NCBI GenBank assembly: GCA_963758525.1
Contig: CAVWVQ010000002.1
Span: 32,001 to 96,000, forward strand
Source of the DNA: an uncultured Phycisphaerales bacterium
Lineage (GTDB): Bacteria; Planctomycetota; Phycisphaerae; Tepidisphaerales; Tepidisphaeraceae
DNA length: 64,000 bases
Direction of reading: 5' to 3'
Shown here: in pieces, positions 39,876 through 51,365 of the stretch
Position numbering within the stretch: the stretch's first letter is position 1
Layout of the letters: each line of letters begins with the position of its first letter
The notes under the pieces: model-generated
The model's input: the letters and a program-made list of their open reading frames with translations, nothing else
Database searches by the model: none
Told to the model about the DNA's origin: nothing
Program-made: the position numbers and the translations under genes

Positions 39876-40952
39876 CTACTGCCGCGTCGCCAGCACGGGC
39901 AGGATGCCCGTGCCGCGCGGAGCGCCGCTCACATCGGACGCGAACTGTGCGTATATCGCATTGTGCTCGGCAACGAAAACCGAGTTGGAGTAGCGCTTGT
40001 TTGCATCGTTCGCGGCGCTTTCCGCGAGAGAATTCTGCAATTCAGTCGAAGCCCTCACATCCGCAATCGCCTGCGCGATTCGGCGGGGCACGCCCGCCGG
40101 CGCGAACCGCGCCGAACGGCCATCCTCCAGCATCTCTCGCACCATCGCCGATGGTGTAGCCACAATCGGAAGTCTGGCAGCCATGCAGATGGCGATCGGC
40201 AGAGGCGCGACCGCCCCGTCGGCGGTGATCAGTGCCAGATCGGCAGCGGGGAGCAGCTCTTCAAATTCCACGGCTCGCCCGAGGTTGCGTTCGGCGATGG
40301 AGCACAGCTCCGCGTGCCCGACGCCGATGGCCAATCGCGCTGCCCGCCCGCATCCCGGCCCGCGGCCCCACAGCAGCAGCTTTTGATTCGGATCCAAGAC
40401 GTGCAGAATTGACGTCGCCCAGACCGCGTAGTCGTGCCGGGCCGCTCTCGAGGATTCGCCGACGGCAAGCACGACATGGTCGGCCTCGCTGAAGCCCAGC
40501 GCCGCTCGCAGTCTCACGTCGCGCCGGGGCCGAATGCGAGCGAGGTCAACGCCGCTGCAAATGACTCGGCAGCGGGCTTGCGGTATCCCTGCGCGAAGCC
40601 AGTCGCGGTATGCCGGCATCGAATTGCAGATCATCACGGCATCGCGATACGCCATGATTGACTTCACCCACCCCGCTGATTGCCGCGTCGGCATTTGTGA
40701 GGGCGTAAAGGCGATTTTGCGCACGTTCGCCAGCGCTGACGCTATGAGCGACGGCATATCCCACGCATGCACGAATGCGACACCGGCACTCCGCAAGCCG
40801 GCCGTCGCAAACAGAACACTGCGCCACGTCCCCCCGCGGCCGATCGTTTTAATCTCGGAGGATGATCCGCAGCCGCTTCGGATAAGTGTTTCAGCCCCCC
40901 GCCGTGATTGGAAATCCGCCTCGGTGGAGAGGAGGTGCAAGCAGTGCATCAT
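39876..40952 (-). CDS. GT4-like glycosyltransferase (degenerate)
   Basis: GVDLARI, LLPAADL, MAARLPIVAT, EMLEDGRS. Confidence 0.7.
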   Translation of the reverse strand: MMHCLHLLSTEADFQSRRGAETLIRSGCGSSSEIKTIGRGGTWRSVLFATAGLRSAGVAFVHAWDMPSLIASALANVRKIAFTPSQMPTRQSAGWVKSIMAYRDAVMICNSMPAYRDWLRAGIPQARCRVICSGVDLARIRPRRDVRLRAALGFSEADHVVLAVGESSRAARHDYAVWATSILHVLDPNQKLLLWGRGPGCGRAARLAIGVGHAELCSIAERNLGRAVEFEELLPAADLALITADGAVAPLPIAICMAARLPIVATPSAMVREMLEDGRSARFAPAGVPRRIAQAIADVRASTELQNSLAESAANDANKRYSNSVFVAEHNAIYAQFASDVSGAPRGTGILPVLATRQ

Positions 40953-41072
40953 CGAGTGGTAAAATAGTCGAAACCATCGTTTGCCGCGACACAGGGTGCG
41001 GCCTTCTCTGCGCTACCCCCTCGAGCGTCTCCCGCCTCTTCGCGCAGGTCGCGATACCGCTAAGATGCCGGA

Positions 41073-42383
41073 ATGATCCCGATCTTGAGGTTGAAACACG
41101 AGGCAGACCGCAGGCTACTGGAATCGCTGCTTGGCGCATTGCGGCTCGATCCGGTCTCCGTGACGCTTGCGCCGGACGATGCGACGGCAGGTGTGCAGGC
41201 AACGCTGCGCGACGTCGCGAAACGCGGAGATGCGGCGATCGTCGAATCGTCGCGCAAGTTCGATGATCCGGAATTTGACGCTTCGATGATCCGCGTCAGC
41301 CCGGCAGAGATGGACGCGGCGGCCAATCGAATCACGCCCGCACAGTTGGCGGCGCTGCGGCGATCCATCTCCCAGGTGCGCGAATATCAATCGCAGATGA
41401 TGCCATCGGAGCCGCCGGCGGTATTGCGGAACGGCGTGTGGCTGGGGATGCGATACACGCCGTTGGACAGTGCGGGATTGTATTTCCCAGGAGGGAAAGC
41501 ATCCTATCCTTCGACCCTGATCATGCTTGCCGGGCCGGCTCAGGTCGCGGGCGTCAAGCGGATCGTCGTCTGCTCTCCTCCCAGCCGGTATGGCCGGAGC
41601 GATCTGGTGCTGGCGGCATGCAGGGAGCTCGAGTTGAAGGAAGTCTTCCGCGCGGGCGGCGCAGCCGCGATCGCGGCCATGGCGGTTGGCACGCAGACAA
41701 TTCCACGAGTGGACAAAATCGTCGGGCCCGGCAATCGATACGTTCAACTGGCCAAGCGGGCGCTGGCGGGATGCGTAGGCATCGACGGATTTCTCGGGCC
41801 TAGTGAAATTCTGGTGCTGGCCGATGAGTCAGCCGCGCCGGACTGCGTGGCGGCAGACCTGATCGCGCAGGCCGAGCACGATCCGGGAAGCTGCTTCCTG
41901 CTCACCCCAAGCGAGAAACTCGCACAACACGTGGTGGCGGAGATCGAGGCCCAGGTGAAGACGCTTGGCCGACGTCCTGCGATCGAAAAGGCGCTGCGCG
42001 ACTCGAGCGCGATCGTGATCGATCCGTCGATGGACGCGCTGATCGAGTTGGGCAATCAGATCGCGGCCGAGCATGTGAATATTCAGACGACAGACGACGC
42101 TGCCGTCCTGCGCAAGCTCCGCCACGGCGGCGCGGTCTTTCTCGGGCGATACAGTCCGGTGGCGGCGGGCGACTACGTCGCGGGTCCCAGTCACTGCCTG
42201 CCGACAAACACAACGGCGCGCTTTTCCAGCGGCGTGAGCGTGTACGAATTCCTCAAGCGGAGCAGCGTCGTTCGGTACGAAGCGAACGGATTGAACGCGG
42301 ACGCCGATGCGATTGTCGAGCTGGCGCAGGCGGAGGGATTGGATGCGCACGCCGCCAGCGTGAAGGTGCGTTTCAAGAAATGA
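41073..42383 (+). CDS. hisD: Histidinol dehydrogenase
   Basis: YFPGG, DKIVGPGN, GPSEI, QAEHD, GDYVAGPSHCLPT. Confidence 0.95.
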   Translation: MIPILRLKHEADRRLLESLLGALRLDPVSVTLAPDDATAGVQATLRDVAKRGDAAIVESSRKFDDPEFDASMIRVSPAEMDAAANRITPAQLAALRRSISQVREYQSQMMPSEPPAVLRNGVWLGMRYTPLDSAGLYFPGGKASYPSTLIMLAGPAQVAGVKRIVVCSPPSRYGRSDLVLAACRELELKEVFRAGGAAAIAAMAVGTQTIPRVDKIVGPGNRYVQLAKRALAGCVGIDGFLGPSEILVLADESAAPDCVAADLIAQAEHDPGSCFLLTPSEKLAQHVVAEIEAQVKTLGRRPAIEKALRDSSAIVIDPSMDALIELGNQIAAEHVNIQTTDDAAVLRKLRHGGAVFLGRYSPVAAGDYVAGPSHCLPTNTTARFSSGVSVYEFLKRSSVVRYEANGLNADADAIVELAQAEGLDAHAASVKVRFKK

Positions 42384-42453
42384 CGTGGCGCGGATGGATC
42401 AACGGGCGTGTGCAACGCGCGATTCCAATGACAAGCGTCGTTCTGCCGATATA

Positions 42454-43532
42454 ATGAACGCCATGTCTCGGTCATTGGTCCGGCCTCACATTCGAGAGAT
42501 GAACGGTTACACCCCCGGTGAGCAGCCGTTGCCGGGCGATCGTGTCATCAAGCTCAATACCAACGAGAACCCTTTTCCGCCGAGCGACCGCGTGCTGCAG
42601 GCGGTGCGCGAGATCGACGGAGAGTCGCTGCGGCGCTATCCCGATCCCACCGGCGGCGCATTTCGCGCTGCCGCCGCCAGGCTGCTGGGCGTCACGCCCG
42701 AGATGATCATGTGCGGCAACGGCAGCGACGATGTGCTGACGATCGCCACGCGAACGTTCGTGCGGCCCGGCGGGAAGCTTGCATTTCCGATGCCGACCTA
42801 TTCGCTGTATCCAGTGCTCTCGAGTCTCCAGGAAGCGGTTGCGGCGACAGTCCCCTGGGAAGACAACTGGCGCTGCCGACCAACGCGCTTCTTGCCACCA
42901 AGGCCGACGCGATCTATCTGGCCAACCCTAACGCCCCGAGCGGGACGTTTGTTTCCCCGACGAAGATGGAGGAATTAGCCAGAGCATTTGACGGCCTGCT
43001 GCTGATCGACGAGGCGTACGTCGATTTTGCGGATGACAACTGCGTAGCCCTGCTGCGCGATTGCCAAAACGTCGTCGTCACGCGCACGCTCAGCAAGGCG
43101 TATTCCCTCGCGGGGCTGCGCTTCGGATACGCGGTTGCGCAGCCGGCGGTGATCCACGAAATGATGAAGGTGAAGGACAGCTACAACTGCGACGCGATCT
43201 CCATTGCGCTGGCGACTGCCGCGATCAACGATCAGGAATACGCGCGCAAGAACTGGGATTATGTGCGATCCGAGCGGCAGCGCCTCTCGGCGGAACTGAC
43301 TCAGATGGGATGGGACGTCTTGCCGAGCCATGCGAACTTCATCCTCGTCACCTGTCCCGACGGCCGCGGACGCGACGCGTACCTGGGGCTCAAGCGGCAG
43401 GGAATCGTCGTGCGGCACTTCGATCAGCCGGGACTGGCGGACAAAATTCGCATTACCATCGGGCAGAATCATCAGAACAATGCCCTGCTCGCGGGAATCA
43501 AGGCGCTCAACGCGTCGGAGAAAGCGGCGTGA
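42454..43532 (+). CDS. hisC: Histidinol-phosphate aminotransferase, frameshift near 42870
   Basis: IKLNTNENP, YPDP, GNGSDD, then NPNAPSG, IDEAY, RTLSKAYSLAGLRFGY. Confidence 0.92.
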
Positions 43533-43556
43533 TCGATCTTCTCAGGTGAGCCTGGC

Positions 43557-44150
43557 ATGTCAGAAAACCGCAGGGCGGAAATTTCGCGGGAGACCAAGGA
43601 AACGCGCGTGCGCGTCTCACTCGACCTGGACGGCAGCGGAAAGTCCGCGCCCAAGACCGGCGTCGGATTCTTCGATCACATGCTCGACCTGCTGGCGCGG
43701 CACAGCCTCATCGATCTCGATATCTCGGCCGACGGCGATCTCCAGGTCGACGCGCATCACACCGTCGAAGATGTCGGCATCGTGCTGGGACAAGCGCTCG
43801 ACAAGGCGCTGGGCGACAAACGCGGTATTCAACGCTACGGCTGGGCGGTCATCCCAATGGATGAAAGCCTGGCGCAAGTGGCGATCGATCTGTCGGGAAG
43901 GCCGGCATTTGTCTTCCGCGTTGAGTTCAAGGGAGAAACGATCGGGAATTTTCCGGTCGAGCTGGTTGAGGAATTTTTCAAGGCGCTCGCCGTCAACGCC
44001 AAAATGAACCTCCACGTGTACGTGCCGTACGGCGGCAATAACCACCACATCTCCGAAGCGATCTTCAAGGCCGCCGCGCGGGCTCTGAAGCTGGCAGTCA
44101 GCCAAGATCCGCGCAGCAACGAGGTGCCGAGCACGAAAGGCTCGCTGTAG
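43557..44150 (+). CDS. hisB: Imidazoleglycerol-phosphate dehydratase
   Basis: [36 protein letters not shown]. Confidence 0.96.
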   Translation: MSENRRAEISRETKETRVRVSLDLDGSGKSAPKTGVGFFDHMLDLLARHSLIDLDISADGDLQVDAHHTVEDVGIVLGQALDKALGDKRGIQRYGWAVIPMDESLAQVAIDLSGRPAFVFRVEFKGETIGNFPVELVEEFFKALAVNAKMNLHVYVPYGGNNHHISEAIFKAAARALKLAVSQDPRSNEVPSTKGSL

Positions 44151-44251
44151 ACTGAGCGGCCCTCGTCAACCATCGCGGAGCCGCGGATGTACATCCGCGG
44201 CTTCTCTGTCCTTCCCTTGCGGCTTGCAATACCTACCATCTGCACATTCGC

Positions 44252-44324
44252 GGGAGCATAGCTCAGCGGTTAGAGCAGGGGTCTCATAAACCCTTGGTCC
44301 CTGGTTCGAATCCAGGTGCTCCCA
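44252..44324 (+). tRNA. tRNA with CAT anticodon, most likely tRNA-Ile2 (lysidine type); elongator Met not excluded
   Basis: Acceptor GGGAGCA/TGCTCCC-A, D arm AGCTCAGCGGTTAGAGC, anticodon loop CTCATAA, T loop GGTTCGAATCC; no encoded CCA. Confidence 0.9.
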
Positions 44325-44397
44325 GTCCGGCACTGCATTATTTAGTTGAGTCATTTTCACGGCGATACGGGACCAGTGGACTCAGCGGAGTCGTCCT

Positions 44398-45149
44398 TCA
44401 ACTCCCCGCTGGAACCAGTTGCTTTGTCCGTCCCATCGCCGCTGGCTGCTTTCCCAGCGTGTTGGCCCTTTCCTGTTCCTGAGCCAGCGCTGCAACATAG
44501 ACGGGATCGGTGATGTTGCGGGTGCTGGCGCATCCCATTGTGAAGGTCCGACGCCAAGCCGAGCCCGCACGTTGGCGATATATTTTGGACTGGTGCCCCA
44601 GACAACCGCGAGGTCGCGATTGGTCAGGCGCCAATCGACGCTGCGCCAACGCGATTCGGGATCATGCGGGCGGATTCCCGCCGCCCGCGCGATCCGGCGA
44701 GCAATTTGCGGCGAAATGTTGGCGCCGTACTCCGTCACGATCTGGGCGATCGGCAGCCCATGCAGTCGCTCTCGCTGCACCGCGATAAACTGCTCGAATC
44801 GCTGCACAGACGCGCGATGCTCACTTGGGCCCATTCCGCGACTTGCCCGCACCTGACGGACCCGCTCGCGTGAAACGCCAAGGTCCCGGGCAATCACCGC
44901 GTCGCGCAGGCCCCACTCGACGCTGTCCCATTGCGTGGTCGAAACACGTCCGCGCCGACGACGATCCGGAAACGGATAGCCAAAGGTATCCGCCCATCGG
45001 TAGACGGTCGCGTACGGCTCCGCGAGGCTCTCCGACACTTGCTGTAAATCCAAACCGGCCTTGAGTTGCGAAAAACGTTGAAACCAACGAACTCGCGTGG
45101 CAGTGCGCTTCAGCCCGGTCGGCCAATTCAATCGAAAGCCCCCGTTCAT
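44398..45149 (-). CDS. Hypothetical multi-HTH DNA-binding protein; probable frameshift near 44530
   Basis: Repeats WDSVEWGLRDAVIARDLGVSRERVRQVR and WRSVDWRLTNRDLAVVWGTSPKYIANVR. Confidence 0.6.
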
Positions 45150-45445
45150 AGGTCACTCTTCTTTCAGGCGGCGGTACAGAAAAAGAGCGCTCCGGCGGCA
45201 CCTGACTCGCCAATGCTCCTCCCTCCAAATTTACTGCTCTGGGTGCCCCAAAAGCGGCCGTTTTGGACCGCTCCGTTCTCGAAATGGCACTCGACCCCGT
45301 CTGCTCATCCGCCGGCCCCTGTGGTCGTAAGTGTAATCGGGGAACAATGTGAAAAGCAACGAATCGCACGCTTTTTTCTGAAATGCGGCGCGGGCTCGGC
45401 GTAAAGACATGTATTATTTGGGTTTGTGTCGCCGTGCCTTGGGCA

Positions 45446-46177
45446 CTATTCGATTCGGCCACGACACAGGGCGATCAAAAAGTACCCAAAAATGACCAGC
45501 CGCGCTGCCGCCGAGGCCCCCCGAAGAGGCCATCGCCTGCACCGCTCATTCGAGCTGGCATCGCTCTTCGAGCGTCCGGGGGCACGCCGGGAGGTGTCTT
45601 TCCGGGGGCGCGGGCGTGGCGTGGGGCGCGACCGCTGATTTGCCCGTGCCGGCAGATCGAAGTTTGTGTGGCGCGAGCTTGCGGCGATGCGCGCGAACAG
45701 CCCGTAGAGGTTCTCCCGCGAGTACGAGACCGGATCTGAAGGCCGCGGAAGTGGCTGCGGAGCCCGAGATTGATACTCCAAGGGACTGGCGGCGATGGAC
45801 GCAGAAGGATGGCGTGTTGCGAATCCTCCGCGCGCCGGTTCGGCCGGCCGACTATTCTTCCCCAGCCGGCCCCTCAAATGCGACGGCTCGCCGGAGAGGG
45901 CGAGGAAGAAAATACGAATCGTGCCGATCCGGAAATGATCGCCATCCCGCAAGACCCGGCTTGCAACTTGTTGATCGTCGAACCACGTACCGTTGCGGCT
46001 GTGAAGGTCGGTTACAACCCACCGCATGCCGTCAAAATCGATCCGGCAGTGTTGCCGCGAGAGGAGCAAATCGCGGATGGAGATATCGCACAGATCAGAT
46101 CTTCCAATGACCAGCGGGCGCTGCAGCCGGTGCCGGGCAACCTCGTGACCGTCAACGCGGAAGCTCAAACTGGCCAT
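45446..46177 (-). CDS. FHA-domain protein (C-terminus uncertain)
   Basis: LVIGRS, LSRQHC, DLHSRNGT, LRDGDHFRIG. Confidence 0.8.
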   Translation of the reverse strand: MASLSFRVDGHEVARHRLQRPLVIGRSDLCDISIRDLLLSRQHCRIDFDGMRWVVTDLHSRNGTWFDDQQVASRVLRDGDHFRIGTIRIFFLALSGEPSHLRGRLGKNSRPAEPARGGFATRHPSASIAASPLEYQSRAPQPLPRPSDPVSYSRENLYGLFARIAASSRHTNFDLPARANQRSRPTPRPRPRKDTSRRAPGRSKSDASSNERCRRWPLRGASAAARLVIFGYFLIALCRGRIE

Positions 46178-46714
46178 GCTGTCAATCGGGCGCCGTTCCG
46201 TGGCTGCACGCAAAGGCGGCGACACCGTCGCCGCACGGCGGGGAATCCGCCTGCGGAGCTTTATCGACAGTATCCCGCTACAGGCCGCACTATTCGCAAG
46301 ACGCTATTCGGATTGTCGAACGTTGGTGGCGTTAATCTCGAATTTTATCAGTTTGCAAATTGCTAAGATTTGGTTAATGTCCTTTTATCGATGTTCGGTC
46401 AGTCCAAAGATCCGATATCGAACGAGAGAAACTTCGGTCTGAGTTGAAGCGTGCCGGGTTCTTGGGATGTTCTTCATCCGGCGCATTTCGGGCAGCTGCC
46501 TGAGCAAATCCTCCGCAGAGCCGGCGGAAAACAAATCGCTCACGTGAGCTGACAGACGGACGCGTTTGGCGAAGCGAGAGTTCGCAGACCACGCGGCGTT
46601 CCGTCTTAAAACCCCAAAAAACATCCTGGTTAGATGATGCGCCGGCGTCGGCCGACGGCCCGTGCTCGTGTTGAGCAATTGCTCCTTTTTGTTTTGGCGG
46701 TGTGACTGCCAGGA

Positions 46715-48336
46715 ATGTTTTATACCAGCATTGTCATTCTCGGGGGCGTGGCCCTGATCCTTCATGGCGTGAAGGCGCTTCGCGACGGGCTCGATCGTCT
46801 GATGGGAGCGCGCCTCGGCCCGTTCCTCGAACAGGCAGCCGACCGGCCCATGCGGGCGCTGGTCACCGGGTTCGGGCTGTCATTGCTGGCCCCATCAAGC
46901 ACCAGCGTGTCGTTGCTCTCCGTGGAATCCGTCCGCACCGGGCATGTCACACCGCGGCGGATGTTCATCGTCCTGCTGGGGGCCGACATCGGTCTTACGC
47001 TCACAGTTCAACTTCTTTCCATTCGCATCGAGCAATCATCCCCGCTCTTTTTGTTCCTCGGCGTCCTCCTGTACCAGTACGCGCGGGCGCCGATGACCCG
47101 CGGCATCGGCCAGGTGCTTTTGAGCTTCGGCTTCCTGTTCATGGGAATCAGCCTGATCGGAAACGGAGCCTCGCACCTGTCGGGTAATGGCGACCTCATG
47201 CTGCTGCTCGAAATTGCCGGACATCATCCCGGACTGCTGGTCGTGGTTGCCGCCGTGATTGCTGTCGCGCTGCAATCCAGCACCGGGACCGTCGGCATGC
47301 TGATGGGACTCTCGGCGAGCGGCGCGTTCAGCTTGTCGCCGGCGTTGGCGCTGGCCGCGGTGGTTGGGGCGAACGTGGGCGTGGCCGTGACGACACTGAT
47401 GATCGGATGGCACAGCGTGCCCGGCCGGCGCCTGGGGCTGGCCAACCTCATGGCCAAGTCGCTGGTGGCAGTTCTGGTCGTCTGGCAGCTCCCCCGTTTC
47501 ACCGCGCTGCTTGCGGCAAGCTCTCCGCTGCTGGTGCGCCAGGTCGCGAATGCCCACACCGGATTTAATCTACTGAAGCTGGCGATCTTTCTGCCGGTTT
47601 CATGGGCGCTGTTTTACCTGGTGGAATGGCTCGTGCCGCTGCAGGAGAACGCAGCGATTGACGAAGGAGTTCCGCTCTACCTGGGCCCCGAATCGCTCGA
47701 TACCGGGAACCTCGCCCTGAGTCAGTCGATGCGGGAAATCCTCCGCGTGGCCGACATCGTTCGCGGCATGAGCGAGGATGTCTCGCGCGCCTGCGCGACA
47801 ACGACGAAAAGCTCGCCCGCCAGGTCAGCGAGAGAGACGACAAAGTCGACCGCCTCGAAGGGGAGATCAAAAGGTTTCTCGCCCGTCTGGCTTCGCATTC
47901 GCTCGACTCTGATCTTTCTGCCGAGCGGCTTCGGCAATTGCAGTATCTTTCGGAGCTGGAAAGCATCGGCGATCTGATCGACAAAAACCTCTGCGAGCTG
48001 GTCCTCAAAAAGATCCGCAGGCGACTGAGTTTCTCCCAGACGGCCTGGGCAGAACTCAACGAGCTGGACCGAAACGTCTGCGAAAACCTCCGCCTCGCCG
48101 ACGCCGCGTTTCACACCCGCGACCAGACCATGGCCGCCAAGCTGTTGCGCCACAAGGACCAGATCGATCGCCGGGTCCGCGCCCTTCGCGACGGCTATCT
48201 CGACCGCCTCGGCGCCGACGCACCAGGCGATTCACACGACGTGATTGCAGTGGTGCTGGACCTGATGACCAATCTTCGCCGGGTGAACAGTCACGCCTCC
48301 CACGTCGCCTTTGCGATTATGCCGATTGGTAAGTGA
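46715..48336 (+). CDS. Na/Pi cotransporter family protein with PhoU domains, frameshift near 47790
   Basis: SSTSV, LGADIG, LQSSTG, VGANVG, VANAHTGFN; C-terminal ELESIGD and LRRVNSH PhoU-like motifs. Confidence 0.87.
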
Positions 48337-48383
48337 GCAGTGGCTGCTCAAATAATCTCGACGCCGGCGGAGGGCGATCCCCC

Positions 48384-48438
48384 GTGTCACAGCCGTCCCG
48401 GCTGTGACACGGGGCCACAGCCGAGACGGCTGTGCTAC
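48384..48438. repeat. REP-like inverted pair, same family as 4203-4257
   Basis: CACAGCCGTCCCGGCTGTG ... CACAGCCGAGACGGCTGTGCTAC. Confidence 0.7.
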
Positions 48439-48642
48439 GGAACTGCGTCAGTCGTCAATTCGAAATTGATCAGGGTATTCGTGCGCGAACGCTGGCCGTG
48501 CGCTGTTCGAGCGCCCGACCATGTTTGCAGAGGTTGCGCGTCATCTGACGCGCTCCGCTACGCGTCGCGGCCGCAAACGCGATCAACCGGCGGCAAACCG
48601 CTCTATGATGGCACCGGACGGATTTGTGCAACCCCGACCAAA

Positions 48643-48990
48643 CTATTTAGCGGGCTGGGTCTCCGCCTCGGCGCCCTTGTGGCCGCTCTTGGATTCCATC
48701 TCTTCGGCTTCTTTCTTCTGGTCGTCAGTCAGGACGGCCATGATGTCTTCTTTCTCCTTCTCGTGAATCGCCTTGACCTCTTCAACGGCCTTGGTATGCA
48801 CCGCAAGGATCTTGGACTTCTGATCATCGGTGAGACCAGTCAGCTCGCTCCAGGGCTTGGTAAGCTTGCCTGCTCGGCCGTGGTGGTGCTCGGTCGGCGC
48901 AGTCGCCGGAGCCGCATCCTCGGCAAACACCAGCACGGAGCCGGACAACAATGCGACAGCCGCCAGAGGCACCCACTTGGATCGAAACAT
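48643..48990 (-). CDS. Small exported Spy/CpxP-like protein
   Basis: Signal peptide VLVFA; two LTDDQK (LTXXQ) motifs. Confidence 0.7.
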   Translation of the reverse strand: MFRSKWVPLAAVALLSGSVLVFAEDAAPATAPTEHHHGRAGKLTKPWSELTGLTDDQKSKILAVHTKAVEEVKAIHEKEKEDIMAVLTDDQKKEAEEMESKSGHKGAEAETQPAK

Positions 48991-49174
48991 AATCCGCCCT
49001 TTCAAAAAGTGATGAAATAGAACCATATCGTTGCGGCGGGAGTTTACAGGCGTTACGCAAAAAAGTTGCGCGAAATCTGCGCCAGCGACAGGCGCGCTTT
49101 GGACATGAGCGCGACTTTCCGGGCAAGAAGGAGCAAACTTGGGCGTGCGCGAATTTCCGGGAGTGACTTCTTGC

Positions 49175-49390
49175 CTCCTCCCCTCGTACCCGGGGGGAGG
49201 ACTGAGGTGGGGGGAGATCGTTAATTTGACGCGGCCCGCCGAACGCACGAACCCCCACCCCAACCCTCCTCCAGAGTACTACGGGAGGGGGCAAGACCGG
49301 GATATCGCCGCGAACAGGTTGCAACTGGAAATTCGCGCACGCCCAAACTCGTTTGCTCGGTGGCAATGCAGGCTGGAAGCCCGCACCACA
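49175..49390. repeat. Cluster of REP-like palindromes
   Basis: CCCTCGTACCCGGGGGGAGG, CCCTCCTCCAGAGTACTACGGGAGGGG, GCAGGCTGGAAGCCCGCACCACA. Confidence 0.65.
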
Positions 49391-49422
49391 ATATGCTGGC
49401 CCGGACACTCGCGCCGGCCCCA

Positions 49423-50529
49423 CTACTTATGGCGGGCGGGTGTCGACTCGAACAGCGGGTTATTAATGACCAGCGAGCCCGCTGCCGGTGCGGCCTTTTC
49501 GGGCGGCGGCGGCGCCGCCGGCGCGGCGGGCTCCTCGATCGCTTCCGACAGCGCCACATCCGGGCGGTAGAGCCGCGTACCCAGTGACTTGACGTACTCC
49601 GACCAGTTACCTTCGCTATTGCCGCCGGCTTCCCCGCGGGTGGCGGCAAGCGACATCATGAGCTTCGCATCGAGGTTCTCGATCATGTGCACCGCAATCG
49701 CCTCGGGAGTCGCGGGGATCTTCACCGCCCCAAACTCCAGCTGCCCGTGATGGCTCAGGATGATGTGCTGCAACACGTCGATGACGTTGCGGGGGATCGT
49801 CTCTCCGAGCTTCTGCTCGGCGGTTCTGGCCTTGTCCTCCACCCACATCGCGGATTTGGCGATATGCCCGATGAGCTGCCCGCCATCGGTGTAGCCAAAC
49901 GCGGTTTCATAGGAGAGCTCCCACGTCTTGGCGATGTCGTGCAGGAAGATCCCGGCCAGGACCAGATCCCGGCTCAGCCCGGGATAAAAATTGACGATCG
50001 CATCGGCGACCTCCAGCGCGTTGAGCGTGTGCTCCAGCAGCCCGCCAAGAAACGCGTGATGAAAGCTCATCGCCGCCGGGGCGCAACAGAGATTTTTCAT
50101 CATCACTTCGTCGTCGAGAAACGCCTGCACGATGGCCGCCACGTGGCGGCTCTGCAGGCTCCCCATGATCTCCCGCAGCTTGGAGCACATCGCCGGGATG
50201 TCTTTGGTGGTGTGCGGGAGAAGATCGCTGACCTCGTACGTTCCCTCTTTGGCCGGCCACATCTGCTCGACGATCACCTGGAGATTATTCTGATAGTTTT
50301 CAACCCGCCCGCGCAGCTTGAGAAAGCCGCTCTCCGGCATGGCATTGAACATCTCGCGCGTGGCGTTCCAGATGCGCGATGTCACCTGCATCGAGCGGTC
50401 CGAGACGAACAGCTTGATGAAGTATTTCCCGTTGTTCGTGGCGGAAATTTGCTTTCCGGTGACAACGTACACGTCATCGATCAGATCGCCGGGAACGCAG
50501 TCACGGAGGAAAACACGAGGCGTCGGCAT
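49423..50529 (-). CDS. yhaM: OB-fold plus HD-domain 3'-5' exoribonuclease (YhaM/Cbf1 family)
   Basis: PAAMSFHHAFLGGLLEHT, LHDIAK, GQLIGHI, HIILSHHGQLEFG, NLDAK. Confidence 0.87.
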   Translation of the reverse strand: MPTPRVFLRDCVPGDLIDDVYVVTGKQISATNNGKYFIKLFVSDRSMQVTSRIWNATREMFNAMPESGFLKLRGRVENYQNNLQVIVEQMWPAKEGTYEVSDLLPHTTKDIPAMCSKLREIMGSLQSRHVAAIVQAFLDDEVMMKNLCCAPAAMSFHHAFLGGLLEHTLNALEVADAIVNFYPGLSRDLVLAGIFLHDIAKTWELSYETAFGYTDGGQLIGHIAKSAMWVEDKARTAEQKLGETIPRNVIDVLQHIILSHHGQLEFGAVKIPATPEAIAVHMIENLDAKLMMSLAATRGEAGGNSEGNWSEYVKSLGTRLYRPDVALSEAIEEPAAPAAPPPPEKAAPAAGSLVINNPLFESTPARHK

Positions 50530-50533
50530 TGAT

Positions 50534-51145
50534 TTACTCCGCCCGGTTGAACCGATTCTCGGCTTCATCCCAGCGGACGATATTCCAGAACGCGGCGATG
50601 TATTCGGGGCGACGATTCTGGTACTTGAGGTAGTAGGCATGCTCCCAGACGTCGAGGCCGACAACGGGGAATGCGCCGTCCATGAGGGGGCTGTCCTGAT
50701 TGGCCGTGGAGATCACTTCGAGCTTGGGTCCCTTCTTCACCAGCCATGCCCAGCCGGAGCCGAAGCGCGTGGTGGCGGCGGCAGTGAAGAGTTCCTTGAA
50801 CTTGTCGAAGGAAGTAAAAGTGCTGTCCATCGCCTTGGCGAGATTTCCAACGGGGGTTCCGCCGGCCTTGGGGCCGATGGTCTGCCAGAACAGCGAATGA
50901 TTGTGATGCCCGCCGCCATTGTTGCGCACGGCAGTTTTGATTGCGTCCGGAACAATCGCCAGATTGTTTTTGAGCAGCTCATGCACCGGCTTGTTCTGAA
51001 GCTCCGGCGCGGATTCGAGCGCCTTGTTCAGGTTGTTGACGTAGGCGGCATGATGCTTGTCATGATGGATCTCCATCGTCGCCTTATCGATGTACGGCTC
51101 AAGCGCATCGGAAGGAAAAGGAAGAGGCGGCAGTTGGATCGGCAT
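50534..51145 (-). CDS. sodA: Superoxide dismutase, Mn-type signature
   Basis: [37 protein letters not shown]. Confidence 0.93.
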   Translation of the reverse strand: MPIQLPPLPFPSDALEPYIDKATMEIHHDKHHAAYVNNLNKALESAPELQNKPVHELLKNNLAIVPDAIKTAVRNNGGGHHNHSLFWQTIGPKAGGTPVGNLAKAMDSTFTSFDKFKELFTAAATTRFGSGWAWLVKKGPKLEVISTANQDSPLMDGAFPVVGLDVWEHAYYLKYQNRRPEYIAAFWNIVRWDEAENRFNRAE

Positions 51146-51147
51146 AT

Positions 51148-51229
51148 TGGCTCCTTCTAGGTGGCGTAGGCTCAATCGCGGAATATGGCAGGGCGCCATG
51201 CTCCGCGATTGAGCCTAGGGTAGGAGCCA
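51148..51229 (-). promoter_or_regulatory. Long hairpin in the sodA leader pairing with the RBS
   Basis: 16-bp perfect stem 51167-51182 / 51202-51217; outer TGGCTCCT/AGGAGCCA covers the AGGAG RBS. Confidence 0.5.
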
Positions 51230-51365
51230 TGGTCGTGACGGTCAACAATGATTCCGCCTTAAGGGGCACGACCGTCGCCCCTCCCAGAATAGGGGCAGAA
51301 TAGGTTGGACGCAGTGACGGTCCCGCACCCTCCGTCTAAGACACGCGAGATACCTGCGCCGCAAT

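Noticed and set aside
44325..48400. Prophage or integrative element at the tRNA
   Set aside because: No integrase, phage gene or att duplication seen.
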